Source: Nitrospirota bacterium (GTDB lineage Bacteria; Nitrospirota; UBA9217). From it: a stretch of DNA of 64,000 nucleotides. The position numbers were made by a program, and so were the translations under genes. A model generated the notes under the pieces. That model saw nothing but the letters and a program-made list of their open reading frames with translations. It did not search any database and was not told the DNA's origin. Location: the NCBI GenBank assembly GCA_963796285.1, contig CAWCKW010000012.1, forward strand, positions 1,600,001 through 1,664,000. The letters are read 5' to 3'. Positions 10,724-21,321 of this stretch are shown here, one piece after another (position 1 is the stretch's first letter; the number at the start of each line of letters is the position of its first letter).

Positions 10724-10925
10724 TCAACCGGCGTTTTTGCCCTTCATGATCTTTTCGATAGCCTTCACGTTGCTCTCGCTGTATATCCTCCAGCCCACGC
10801 CAGTCACGCCCCACTTCCGTCAGCAAACCTTCGCTCTCCCACCGAAAAAGCGTGGCCCGCGATATATCGAAACGATTGCAGATATCGCTTGTTTTATACT
10901 TTTTCGAGCTTTTGCGTGTAGCCAT
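10724..10925 (-). CDS. Small MerR-type HTH protein (one extra G near 10795 fuses it to pilM in the ORF track)
   Basis: YKTSDICNRFDISRATLFRWESEGLL...RDWRG; removing one G gives WRIYSESNVKAIEKIMKGKNAG*, the MerR HTH-wing pattern. Confidence 0.75.
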
Positions 10926-10940
10926 GGCACCCTCTCTTAA

Positions 10941-11005
10941 TACGTTACTAATAATATTTATAGTAAGTATAGTTATGATGATACTTAAAAAAATATTATT
11001 GTCAA
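10941..11005 (-). promoter_or_regulatory. AT-rich promoter/operator region of the pil operon
   Basis: Minus-strand TTGACA (11005-11000), 16 bp spacer, TATCAT; downstream palindrome TTACTA-N10-TAGTAA. Confidence 0.5.
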
Positions 11006-11119
11006 GTTTTTTTTATGTTTTATTATATTTTATTTTTAAAGCGGACGGCACTATGCGAGATATTGTATCGGGATGAGAAAAAGGCACTATATGTTGGATA
11101 TCCACTGGAAGCTGTGCTG

Positions 11120-11737
11120 TTACGCCACGTACAGATAAATCGTGAAATAATGGCAGGCACTTCCAGCCAGCACAAAGAGATGAAAGATTCCATGGCTGTG
11201 AGCAAGTTTTTTATCAAGGGCGTAGAAAATAACTCCAATGGTATAGAACAGTCCCCCGGCAACCAGCAAGGTCATGCCTGCACCCGGAAGAGCCCGAGAG
11301 AGCGGGCGAATAGCAACCATAGCGATCCAGCCCATCAGCAAGTAAATCATCACAGAGAGGATGCCCCGGCGTTTCGCAAACAGGAGGTCTTGAAGAATAC
11401 CGATCACGGCAAGCCCCCAGACCACAGCGAACAGAGACCATCCCCAGGGTCCGTGCAGGGTAACGAGGGTAAAAGGGGTATAGCTTCCGGCGATGAGCAG
11501 ATAAATTGCACTGTGATCGAGTTTTTGGAAGACCTTCTTCGATGCTCCCTTGATACTGTGGTAAAGAGTAGAAGAAGTATACAGTGTCACAAGCGTGCCG
11601 CCGTAGATGCTGCAACTGACGATCTTCCAGGGGTCACCCGTAAGAGCTGCGCGAGCCACCAGAAAAATAAGGCCAACAACCGCAAGTACGACTCCCAGGA
11701 GATGGGTAATACTATTCATCCTCTCACCATGATACAT
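11120..11737 (-). CDS. Hemolysin III / PAQR family membrane protein
   Basis: GERMNSITH, SSTLYH, LDHSAIYLLIAGSYTP and HGIFHLFV motifs; about 7 TM segments. Confidence 0.93.
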   Translation of the reverse strand: MYHGERMNSITHLLGVVLAVVGLIFLVARAALTGDPWKIVSCSIYGGTLVTLYTSSTLYHSIKGASKKVFQKLDHSAIYLLIAGSYTPFTLVTLHGPWGWSLFAVVWGLAVIGILQDLLFAKRRGILSVMIYLLMGWIAMVAIRPLSRALPGAGMTLLVAGGLFYTIGVIFYALDKKLAHSHGIFHLFVLAGSACHYFTIYLYVA

Positions 11738-11783
11738 AGATGATCCTCTCGCCTCGCCGCATTTCTTAAGCCTGCCGACAAAC

Positions 11784-11813
11784 AAAAAAGGAGAGGCCCC
11801 TGCGGCCTCTCCT
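11784..11813 (-). terminator. Intrinsic terminator after cooS
   Basis: AGGAGAGGCC-N5-GGCCTCTCCT hairpin followed by a T-run on the minus strand. Confidence 0.8.
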
Positions 11814-11837
11814 CAAGATAGCTCGACGTACTGAATC

Positions 11838-13818
11838 TTATATATCCACTCCGTGCGGGGTCGCGAAGGAACCGCGCCGTGCGGCCATATCCATAAGCAC
11901 GCGCTCCGTGCCGAACCTGCCGGACTCGTACTTGCGGATCTTGAGCTTTTCCCTGGCGGTATCGATAAGTTTCAAGGTCAGTTCGAGGATCTTGCCCGGG
12001 TCTTCCTCGAAGTAGAAGCCGGCTGTCAGCAGGTCCCACCACTTGTTTTCCATGATGTCCTTGAGCGTCTTGCTGGCCGCCACCGGGGAGCCCGCGCCGA
12101 AGATGATCGGCACGCCGGAAGCGACGAAATAGGTGCCGATGGCGATGGCCTTTTCGCTCATCCACTCTGGAGCAATGCCGACCGCAGGCAGGCCGCCGAT
12201 GTCGTCGCCGAGACCGCCCGCTTCGGCGATATGGGACGCGATGGTCAGGATGCGCGAGTTGTCCACGCAGGAGCCGAGATGGAGCACCGGCGGGATGCCG
12301 ATGGCCTCGCACACTTCCCGGAGGCCGGGGCCTGCGTTTTCCAGGGCATTCTCCGGCGTCATGTAGCCCGCCTTGGCCGAGGCATGCGCCGAGCACCCCG
12401 TCTGGACCACGAGGACGTCGTTCTTGATCAGCTCCCGCGTCAGGAAATTGTGGAGGCTGTCCTGGCAGATCCGCGGATTGTTGCAGCCCGCGAGGCCCAC
12501 CACGCCGCGGATACGGCCGGCGATGATGGCATCATTCAGAGGCCGGTACGAGCCGCGGTACAACCCGCCCTGCATGTACTCGATGTACTCATCGGAGAAT
12601 CCGGCGATCATATCGGCTGGCTTGACATCAACCGGAGACAACGTCTTCTTTTTTGCGATTCGGGAAGTTATCGATCGCAAGCCGCACGGCCTTCTTGGCA
12701 ATTTCCAGGCCGTGATGCTCATCGTATTCAATATGAATGGCATCCTTCATTTTACCTTTGGTCGTCGTCGTGATGATCTTCGTATGGTATTTCTTCGACA
12801 GTTCGCCGATGGCGGGCATGATGCACTGCACGTCCACGACCATTGCCTCGATCATACCGGTGACGAGGCCCAGTTCCTGCTGCAGGAACCCGCCCGCCGT
12901 GGCGATGCCGTGCCGCACAAGGATCTCGTTCGCGGTGCAGCACATACCGACAAGGTTCACTCCCTTGGCGCCCTTTGACTTGGCATAGGCCGTCATCTCC
13001 GGATCGTCCACCGCGACGACCAGCATCTCGGCGAATGACGGTTCATGCCCGTGCACGACGAGATTAACGTAGTCTTCCTTGAAGACATCGAGGCTGGCCT
13101 TCGCCGTCACCGGTTTTGGGGTGCCAAAAAGGATGTCCGATATGTCCGTGCCCATCATGGACCCGCCCCAGCCGTCAGCGAGCGATGTCCGCATGGCCCC
13201 GAGCATGATATTGTTCACTTCCTGGTCCACACCCATGGTGGTACGGTGCATCATTTCGACCACTTCACGGTCAATGGCACGCGGCGCAATGCCGAGCTTT
13301 TTCCAGATCTCCTGGCGTTTTTTGGGAGCGCGGGACAGATAGGCGAGCTCTCCCCGCTGCTGGCCGAACTGTTCGAGGAACTTGAGCGCGACCTTCTCAG
13401 CCACTTCATTCACGGACTTGCCTTCCACATTGATGCCGAGATAACCGGCAACGCGGTTCAGTTTCCGGACGTCCTTGATCTGAAAATCCTTCGCCTCGCC
13501 GCGCGCCACTGCCAGCAGCGTGTTCGCGAGGTCTCTCGCATGGTCCGAGTGCGCCGCCGTGCCCGCAGCCACCATGCGCGCAAAATTCCTCGCGGTCACT
13601 ACCGGCAGGGTCGCGCCGCAGACGCCTTCGGCAATTTCTTCTTTGCCGACCAGCCGGCAGGGACCCATATGGCACATCTTGCAGCACGCGCCCGTGGCGC
13701 CGATGGGGCAGGGTTTGAGCTTCTCCGCCCTCTCAAAAGACGTCGTTATGTTTTTCTCTCCGGCCTTTTTCAGCAGGACTTGCGCGGCCGGATCAACGGA
13801 TTTCATATCTTCTCTCAT
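11838..13818 (-). CDS. cooS: Anaerobic Ni-CO dehydrogenase catalytic subunit (frameshift near 12630-12660)
   Basis: D/B-cluster CPIGATGACCKMCHMGPC...GVCGA; HSDH; C-cluster ligands HGHEP, CCTANE, DVQC, GCNN, TGC, GSCVD; catalytic Lys in EWMSEKA. Confidence 0.96.
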
Positions 13819-13949
13819 AGTGAGTCAGAACTCCTTTTCTAACGGAGACTAAAGCGTCCCCTATTTTAAGTCATTGCTATTATACGAAAAAAAGAACAAA
13901 AAAACCACATCTTAGTTAACGCAATAGGCGGTGTTCCGCCTTCCCGCGG

Positions 13950-16115
13950 TTATTTCTGGAGCGCCGGTTGCCGGACCACGATCACCTTGGAAACGCCGGA
14001 AGCGGCAAGCAGTCCCTGATTCATGGCCAAAATCAGTACCGAGGCATATACGGCATAGGGTTTCGCGGCCACGGCATCTACCGGCTTGAATGACCCGGCT
14101 CCGAGCTTCCCGGTCTTTACTTTCTTGACCGCAGCAGCTATATCTTTTGATTTGAACGCCTTTGTCTTGCTTACTGCCGCTGATATCTCCGATGCTATCT
14201 CCGCACCGTCCTTTGCGTCGCCCGCAGGCTGCTGCACCGGCGCAACGGTCTTGACCGCACCGTATGTATTCATGACCGTCCCGTGTTTCTCATAAAGCGC
14301 TGTCATGGGAAGCACGAGGTCCGCTTTTTCCGCTAGAGCGCGTCATATGGCTCGCTTGGACAATAAGCATGTCGGATTTGAAATCGGTATCACCAACATT
14401 ACCGGCAACGAAAAGCGCCTTCATACCGGACTTCATTTCGCTATAGTCCTTACCCGTCTTTTTCACCTTGGCGGCGCCAGGACCCCTGTCAGGTACGCAA
14501 CCCATCTGGATCGCTCCCAGTGCGTTCGCCTCAAGCATGAGCGGCAACACTCCTGCGTTCTTCATGAGGGCGAGATTCAGGGCCTGAAGCGAAGCATCTT
14601 CGTTCGCCGAGATGCCGGTACCGATAATAACCACTGGCTGCTTAGCCGCGGCAAAGACCTTGCCTGCATTCGTGATCAGCTCGGCTGATACACCGGACGT
14701 AGATGCGGCGCTGTCGATGCTGAGGAGGGATTTTTTCAAAGCATCGAGCCCCTTGGCCGAGGAAGTGGCCCCCTCAGCTATCGAGGCGCTTATGAGGCCT
14801 GCGAGCAGGACTGTGTCGGTCCCTTCCTTGAGCTGGAGATGGATGGCATTCTGATGACCTGCAAGCTCGATCTTCTCCGGGTTTACAACAATGACCTTTG
14901 CCCCTGCCTGGGCCCTTCTCCGGACCATGACCTCCACTTCCTGGAGTGACTGCTTCTTCTGTGACGGATCGGCGCCGATCAGCACGACGACGTCAGCGGA
15001 TTTGAGATCAGCCTGGGTCGCGATGGTGATACCCGCCTCTCCATAGACGGCACGGAGGGACGAGATCAAGCCGCCGGCATACACCGATGCCGGGGTATCG
15101 ATATTCGCGCTTCCCGAAACGGTCGCGTGCAAGCTCCTGGACCGCGTACGCCTCTTCGTTCGTGAGAGAGCCGGCGGCAATGAAGCCCGCATTCGCCCCT
15201 GCCTTTTTGAGCGCATCGGCCGCGATCTTGGCGGCATCTTCCCAGGAGGTGGGCACGAGTTTGCTGCCTTGTTTCTTCATTGGGGTCATGATGCGATTTG
15301 GGGCCTTCAATGAATCGAATCCGAAACGGCCGATAGCGCAGATATAGCCATTGTCCTCTTTCGCATTCACCTTTACGATCTTGCCGTCCTTGCTGCTCGT
15401 GATCACGCTGCATGCCGGACCCGCAGGCCGTGCAGACGGTGTCGTGCTTCTCGAGGTCCCACTCCCTGCCGTGCTGCCAGCGGTCGCGCTCCATGATCGC
15501 GTTTACCGGGCAGGCGTCCACGCAGGACCCGCAGAAGGTGCAGCCCGAATCCTGGAGCGGCTTGTCCATCGCTGTCGTTACCTTGGTGGTGATGCCGCGG
15601 CCCATGAAGTCGAGTACGTTCGTGTTCTGCTCCTTGCAGACCCGGACGCAGCTGCCGCAGAGGATGCAGTAGTTGTTGTCGATGGTGATGAAGGGGCTCC
15701 GGTCGTTCAGCGGATAGTTGAAGCTCTTCCTGCCGAATGACGATTCCTGGATCTTCAGGTCTCCTGCATAGCGCTGGAGGTCGCAGGCGCCTGCCTTGGG
15801 GCAGGTCATGCAATCCAGCGGATGAAAGGACAGCACCAGGTCGGTCACGAACTTCCGGATCTCCTCGACCTTCGGGGTACTGGTCTGGACCTTCATGCCT
15901 TCCTTGGTCCTGGTTGTGCAGCCGGTGACCGGCGTTTTCATGCCCTCGATCTCCACCATGCACATGCGGCACGCACCCACGCCCCTGAGCTCCTTGATAT
16001 GGCACAGGTTCGGAATGTGGATCCCTACGGTCGCCGCTGCGTCCACAAGGGTCATGCCCTCGGGAACTGATACAGCCTTGCCGTCAAATTCCATGTTTAC
16101 CATCTTGGTCGTCAT
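13950..16115 (-). CDS. NuoG/HydA-like Fe-S subunit with degenerate molybdopterin-oxidoreductase fold (frameshifts near 15415, 15120, 14335)
   Basis: [2Fe-2S] LCH..GACRMC..C; His-ligated H-PLDCMTC..C; 2x[4Fe-4S] CILCGSCVRVC/CTFCGSCVDAC; CTACGSxC..ICAIGRFG; continues through ORFs 15008-15406, 14290-15237 and 13950-14315. Confidence 0.85.
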
Positions 16116-16136
16116 CAGCAGCCTCCATGAAAAAAC

Positions 16137-16273
16137 AATATCTAAATTTCAAATTCCAAATTACAAATAATCACCAATATCCAAATGCCAATAATCAAAC
16201 AATTTGGAGCCTCAACTTTGGTTATTGGAATTGATTTGATATTTGGCGCTTGGTTACTTGGTTATTGGTGCTT
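16137..16273. repeat. Heptamer-arm palindromic intergenic element (AT-rich type)
   Basis: Left arm of AAATTTC/AAATTCC/AAATTAC/AATATCC-like 7-mers; right arm of TTGGTTA/TTGGAAT/TTGGTGC-like 7-mers. Confidence 0.75.
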
Positions 16274-16283
16274 GATCTCTCAC

Positions 16284-16965
16284 TTACTTATTTCCCGCAA
16301 CGGCCTCTTCTGCCGGCATGTTCGCGTGAAGAGAACAGGCGGGCAACCCTCCAAGCGCATTTGAACGAACATCGCAGGTGCAGACCAGCGTCCGCACCGG
16401 CTCCGCGGTTACCAGCCTCGCGGTCCTTTTCGACGATCACGACAGCGTTCTCGGGACAGACCTTGATGCATTCTCCGCAGTGGGTGCACCGCTGCTGCCT
16501 GATGCGGTAGGGCTTGAACCCGCCTTTATACGGCTGTACCTTCTGGCCCTCGATCGCGTTGTCCTTGCAGACCTCGCGGCATTTGTCGCACATGGTGCAC
16601 AGCGCAGCGTTGATCTCGTACCGGATTAGCTGCTTGCATTCATGATGCGTACAGACACCCTGGATATGCCGCTCGAGGTCGCTGGCGCTAGTTGCCAGAA
16701 ACGCGGCCAGGATATCGGCATGGTCCTTGCCTTTTTTGCACATGCTGCCGTCCTTCACATCAACGGCGATGCGTTTGAGCTGGGCAACGTACTTATCCAC
16801 GCCCTTCCCGGCCTGGATCGCTTCAAGGATCTTGATCGCATCGAAAATACCAAGCTTGCAGGGATGGCACTTGGAGCACATGCCGTCCTTGGATTCGTCG
16901 TAATAGAAATATTTCAGTTTCGCCCGCGTGGCATTGACCGGGCACTTATTTTCTTGTTTCGGCAT
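16284..16965 (-). CDS. Stand-alone Fe-S protein homologous to the C-terminal half of NuoF/HydB
   Basis: CSKCHPCKLG...SMCKKG, HIQGVCTHHEC, CTMCDKCREVC, CTHCGECIKVCP. The tail is probably frameshifted near 16425. Confidence 0.8.
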
Positions 16966-18850
16966 GGGCCCTCCTCTTCTCGATCACAACGGCCTGGGTA
17001 GGACAGACGCTGTAGCACGCCTTGCACCGGGTGCAATAGTCCTGGTCGATAAAGAACTTGTCCCGAAGCTCCACCACGGCATCAAAGGCGCAGGCTTGTT
17101 TGCAGAGACCGCAGAGAATGCAGTGCTCGGGCAGGATCCGGTATGACCCCATGCCCTGGCAGCGCTTGGCACGGCAGTACTTGTCATTCACATGCTCTTC
17201 GTATTCTTCGCGGAAATATTTGATCGTTGAGAGCACCGGGTTCGGCGCGCTGTTGCCCAGGCCGCAGAGCGATCCGGCCACGACCAGCTTGCCCATTTTT
17301 TCGAGCCGCTCGATGTCGCCCTTTTCCCCCCGTCCCGCGGTGATCTTGTCAAGGAGTCTCATACATCTGCCACGTGCCGACGCGGCAGGGAGGACATTTG
17401 CCGCAGGATTCGCTTTTGGTAAAGGAAAGGAAGAACTTGGCCACGTCCACCATGCAGTCGTCCTCGTCCAGCACCACCATGCCGCCGGAGCCCATGATGG
17501 ACCCCACCGTCGCCAGGGTGTCGAAGTCCACCTGCATGTCGAGGAACTGGGCCGGGATGCAGCCGCCGGACGGGCCGCCGGTCTGGACCGCCTTGAACTG
17601 CCTTTCCGGGTTCAGCATGCCGCCGCCGATGTCGAAGATGATCTCGCGCAGCGTGATGCCCATGGGCACCTCGATGAGGCCCGTGTTCTTGATCTTGCCC
17701 GTGAGGGCGAAGACCTTGGTCCCTTTTGACTTTTCCGTGCCGATCTTTGTATAATAATCAAGCCCCTTGGTGATGATCGTGGGAACATTGGCAAAGGTCT
17801 CGACGTTGTTCAGGTTCGTGGGCATGTTCCAGAGGCCGCCCGCCGCTTCGGAGAGACGCGGAGGACGGGGACGCGGCATGCCGCGTTCGCCCTCGATGGA
17901 AGCGACCAGCGCCGTGGATTCGCCGCACACGAATGCACCCGCGCCTTCCTTGATCTCAATGTCGAATTCAAAGTTCTGAGCCCAGGATATTTTTGCCCAG
18001 GAGCCCCATGGCACGTGCCTGCTTGATGGCGATACCGAGGTTTTTCACGGCAAGGGGATATTCGTGCCGTGACGTAGATATATCCGTATTGCGCGCCGAT
18101 GGCATAGGCATTAATGAGCATGCCCTCCATGACGGAATGAGGATCGCCCTCCATCAGGGAGCGGTCCATGAACGCGCCCGGGTCGCCTTCGTCGCCATTG
18201 CACACTACGGCCTTGATCTTGGCGCCTGATTTTTTCGTATGCTCCCACTTGAGGCCTGCCGGGAAAGCCTGCGCCGCCGCGTCCGCGGAGACCGGATTTT
18301 TTGACGATATCAATGACTTCGTCGGGCTTCATCTCGGTCAGCACCTTGGCTAGGCCGGCATACCCGTCCTCGCGGATGGAATCGTGGATATTGCAGGGGT
18401 CGACGACGCCGTTCCTATGGAGCGCCAGGCGCTTCTGCTTCTTGTAGAAGGGGATATCCTGCATCCTCTCGTTCGGATCGGACAGAGGGAACTCGCGGTA
18501 GAGCTGTTTGCGGTAGGGCACGCCGTGGAGCACGGAATCGGAGAAGAGGGTCGGCACGTCCGCCACCTTCACCTTCTGGTAAAAGATCTCCTGCGGGTTC
18601 CTGGATCACCACCGGACCGCGCTGACAGAAGCCCTGGCAACCGGTCTTCACGATCTCGAGCTTGACCTGTTTTGCCGCCGCTTCTTCCTCGAATTTCTTA
18701 ACGAGTTTGTTGGATCCCGTTGCCTGACAGGCCGTACCGCAACAGACCCGCACCCTGTGCGCATCACTTTCCTCGTGTTCCTTCCGAAGCTTCTGGCGTA
18801 ACACATCCAGGTCCTTTGACGTTCTCCAGCCGTTTAAACGTGAGTTCCAT
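16946..18850 (-). CDS. NuoF/HydB(BfuB)-like flavin Fe-S subunit (several frameshifts)
   Basis: N-terminal CCGTAC..GCQGFC; [12 protein letters not shown]; [13 protein letters not shown]; GAGAFVCGE; GGPSGG; [18 protein letters not shown]; [10 protein letters not shown]; [22 protein letters not shown]. Confidence 0.9.
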
Positions 18851-19322
18851 GTTCGCTCCTCACCGAATTGATAATGTCATCTACCATCTTGGGCGTCAGC
18901 TCGCCAAAGAGGTCCTTATCGTTGATCGTGACAACCGGCGCCAGCGCACAGCACCCCACGCATCCCACGGTCTCAAGGGTAACGGAGAGGTCCTTGGTGG
19001 TCTCTCCTTCCTTGATCCCGAGTTGCTGCTCCATCTCCGTAAGCACGGCCTTGCCTCCGCGCACATGGCAGGCGGTGCCCATGCAGACCTTGACGATGTT
19101 TTTACCCCGGGGCTTGAAATGAAAATGCTTGTAGAACGATGCAACACCGTAAACATTGTTGAGTGACAGGGACATCCGCTCAGCGATCATTTTCATCGCC
19201 TCTTCAGGCAAATACCCTAACTTCTCCTGGACCCGCTGGAGCACGGCAATAAGCATGCCCCGCTGACCGGCGGCTTCATCGAGAACAACATCAACCTTTT
19301 TAACGTCTTCTTGTTGGAGCAC
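18834..19322 (-). CDS. NuoE/HydC-like [2Fe-2S] subunit
   Basis: GVASFY, VCMGTACHVRG, VGCVGCCALAP. Confidence 0.93.
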   Translation of the reverse strand: MLQQEDVKKVDVVLDEAAGQRGMLIAVLQRVQEKLGYLPEEAMKMIAERMSLSLNNVYGVASFYKHFHFKPRGKNIVKVCMGTACHVRGGKAVLTEMEQQLGIKEGETTKDLSVTLETVGCVGCCALAPVVTINDKDLFGELTPKMVDDIINSVRSEHGTHV

Positions 19323-19823
19323 GGTAAGAACCTCCCGACTGAAATTGCATAGAGAACAACCCGGACATCAGGTTAGCGTATTGATTTTTCATGGTGTTAC
19401 TGAAACGAGGTGTTGCCGTATTTCGTGACCAAGCGCGCAGAACAACCGCTTGATCCATTAAGGGAATGTCATATTAGCAACCACTTAATAAAAAATCAAG
19501 ACAAAATGTCATAAAATAATCTCATATGAAAATTATTAAACTCTATTTTATAATACAGCTTTTGAAAACAGATGAACCCACATTTCAAATAAATCAACAT
19601 GAACAACTATCATGTTGTAATCATTTACTTTTCCAGGCATCGAGCTGAGACATTCGAAGCACCCAAAACACGCTCCAGGAGACGCTCCCGTAACGAATGA
19701 GCATCCCCACAAAAAGATGAGGGGGGGACTTCGATTTCAAGTAATGCGCAATGATGCCTTTATTGGTTTAACTTGCTTCGGGATCAGGTGAATAAAGCGC
19801 AATGTATGACACCTTATGCCGGT

Positions 19824-19852
19824 TTGACAGGGATACTACCGCCTGCTATCAT
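19824..19852 (+). promoter_or_regulatory. Sigma70-like promoter of glgC
   Basis: TTGACA, 17 bp spacer, TATCAT with an extended -10 TG. Confidence 0.65.
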
Positions 19853-19888
19853 TCTCATTATCAGGTGAATGAAGGAGCGCGACGCAAG

Positions 19889-21150
19889 ATGAGCATATTG
19901 GCAATGATCCTTGCCGGCGGCAAAGGAGAACGGCTGCATCCCGCTAACGATCCATCGCGCAAAGCCCGCAGTTCCTTTCGGCGGGATTTACCGGATCATT
20001 GATTTTTCGCTATCGAACTGCATCAATTCCGGGATCCGCAAGATAGCCGTGCTTCCGCAATACAAATCCCTGTCTTTGGACAAACATCTCAGGCTCGCGT
20101 GGAACCTTTTTTCCGGTGAGTTGGACGAATATATCATCTCCGTGCCTCCCCAGCAGCGGGTCGGCGACAAATGGTACCAGGGCACGGCCGATGCCATCTA
20201 CCAGAACATTTACATGATCGAAAAGGATGCTCCGGACCACGTGCTTGTGCTCGCCGGCGACCACATCTACAAGATGGACTATTCCGAGATGTTCCGGTTT
20301 CACAAGGAGCAGAATGCCGATGCGACCGTGGCTGCCATCGAGATACCGAAGAAAAGCGCTGCGGCATTCGGCGTCATCGAGGTTGACAAAGATGATTGCA
20401 GGATCATCGGGTTCGAGGAAAAACCACAGCAATCCAAAGCCGCATTCCCGGCAGGCCCGACCTCGCTTTCGCGTCCATGGGCATCTACCTGTTCAATACG
20501 AGGACCCTGTTGGAATATTTGAAGTCCGACGCGCTCCAGGACACATCCCACGATTTCGGCAAAAACATCATCCCCCAGATGATGAAGGGATCACGTGTCT
20601 GCGCGTACAATTTCAAGGACGAGAACAAAAAAGAAGCCAAATACTGGAGGGACGTCGGAACCATCGATGCCTATTGGGAAGCCAACATGGACCTCGTGAG
20701 CGTGGATCCTCTCCTTAACCTCTACGACAAGGCCTGGCCCATGCGCACCTATCAGGGGCAGAATCCTCCGGTGAAATTCGTATTCGCCCAGGAAAAAAAG
20801 GGAGGCACGCCTCGGCATCGCCCTCGACTCGATTGTTGCGCACGGATGCATCATCTCCGGCGGCCGGGTGCAGAATTCCGTACTCTCGCCGAACGTCCGC
20901 ATCAACAGCTATAGCGAAGTGCACGATTCAATTCTTATGGAGAACGTGGACATCGGCAGGCACTGCCGCATCCGCCGCGCAATCATTGACAAGGACGTCG
21001 TGATCCCACCGGAGACCGAGATCGGGTATAACCGTGAGGAAGACAGGAAGCGCTACCACGTAACCACCTTCGGGCATCGTGGTTATCGCGAAGGGAACGG
21101 AAGTATCGGCAACGAAAACGGCTGCGTCGATTGCGGAAGAAAGGAAGTAA
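19889..21150 (+). CDS. glgC: Glucose-1-phosphate adenylyltransferase (several frameshifts)
   Basis: [52 protein letters not shown] and YWRDVGT spread over successive frames. Confidence 0.95.
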
Positions 21151-21321
21151 TACTTACTCGGATGGCAATACCTAAGAAGAGGTGATGTGTTCCGTTTTCT
21201 GCAATGCTTGCCCCTTTATTCATGGCTTCAACTGTTACCGTGACCCTGTTTTACTCAATCCATCGCAGGAGCTCTTTTCAACGAATCGAGGTTCATCTGC
21301 GCCAAACTGTGTTGTTCATGT

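Noticed and set aside
9642-10925. 427-aa HTH-PilM fusion in the ORF track
   Set aside because: Removing one G restores a separate MerR-like gene with its own stop, and pilM has its own RBS and start. The contig is indel-prone.
13950-16115. Selenocysteine-containing formate dehydrogenase or [FeFe]-hydrogenase
   Set aside because: There is no in-frame TGA or Cys at the ligand position and no H-cluster motifs. The ORF breaks are frameshifts, not Sec read-through.
19783-19880. Direct repeat ATCAGGTGAAT flanking the glgC promoter
   Set aside because: Only 11 bp and two copies; cannot be distinguished from chance without conservation data.
11838-21150. Programmed frameshifting or phase variation in cooS, the nuo-like genes and glgC
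   Set aside because: There are too many irregular breaks per gene, mostly in short runs, and essential leuS shows the same pattern. Assembly error is the simpler explanation.
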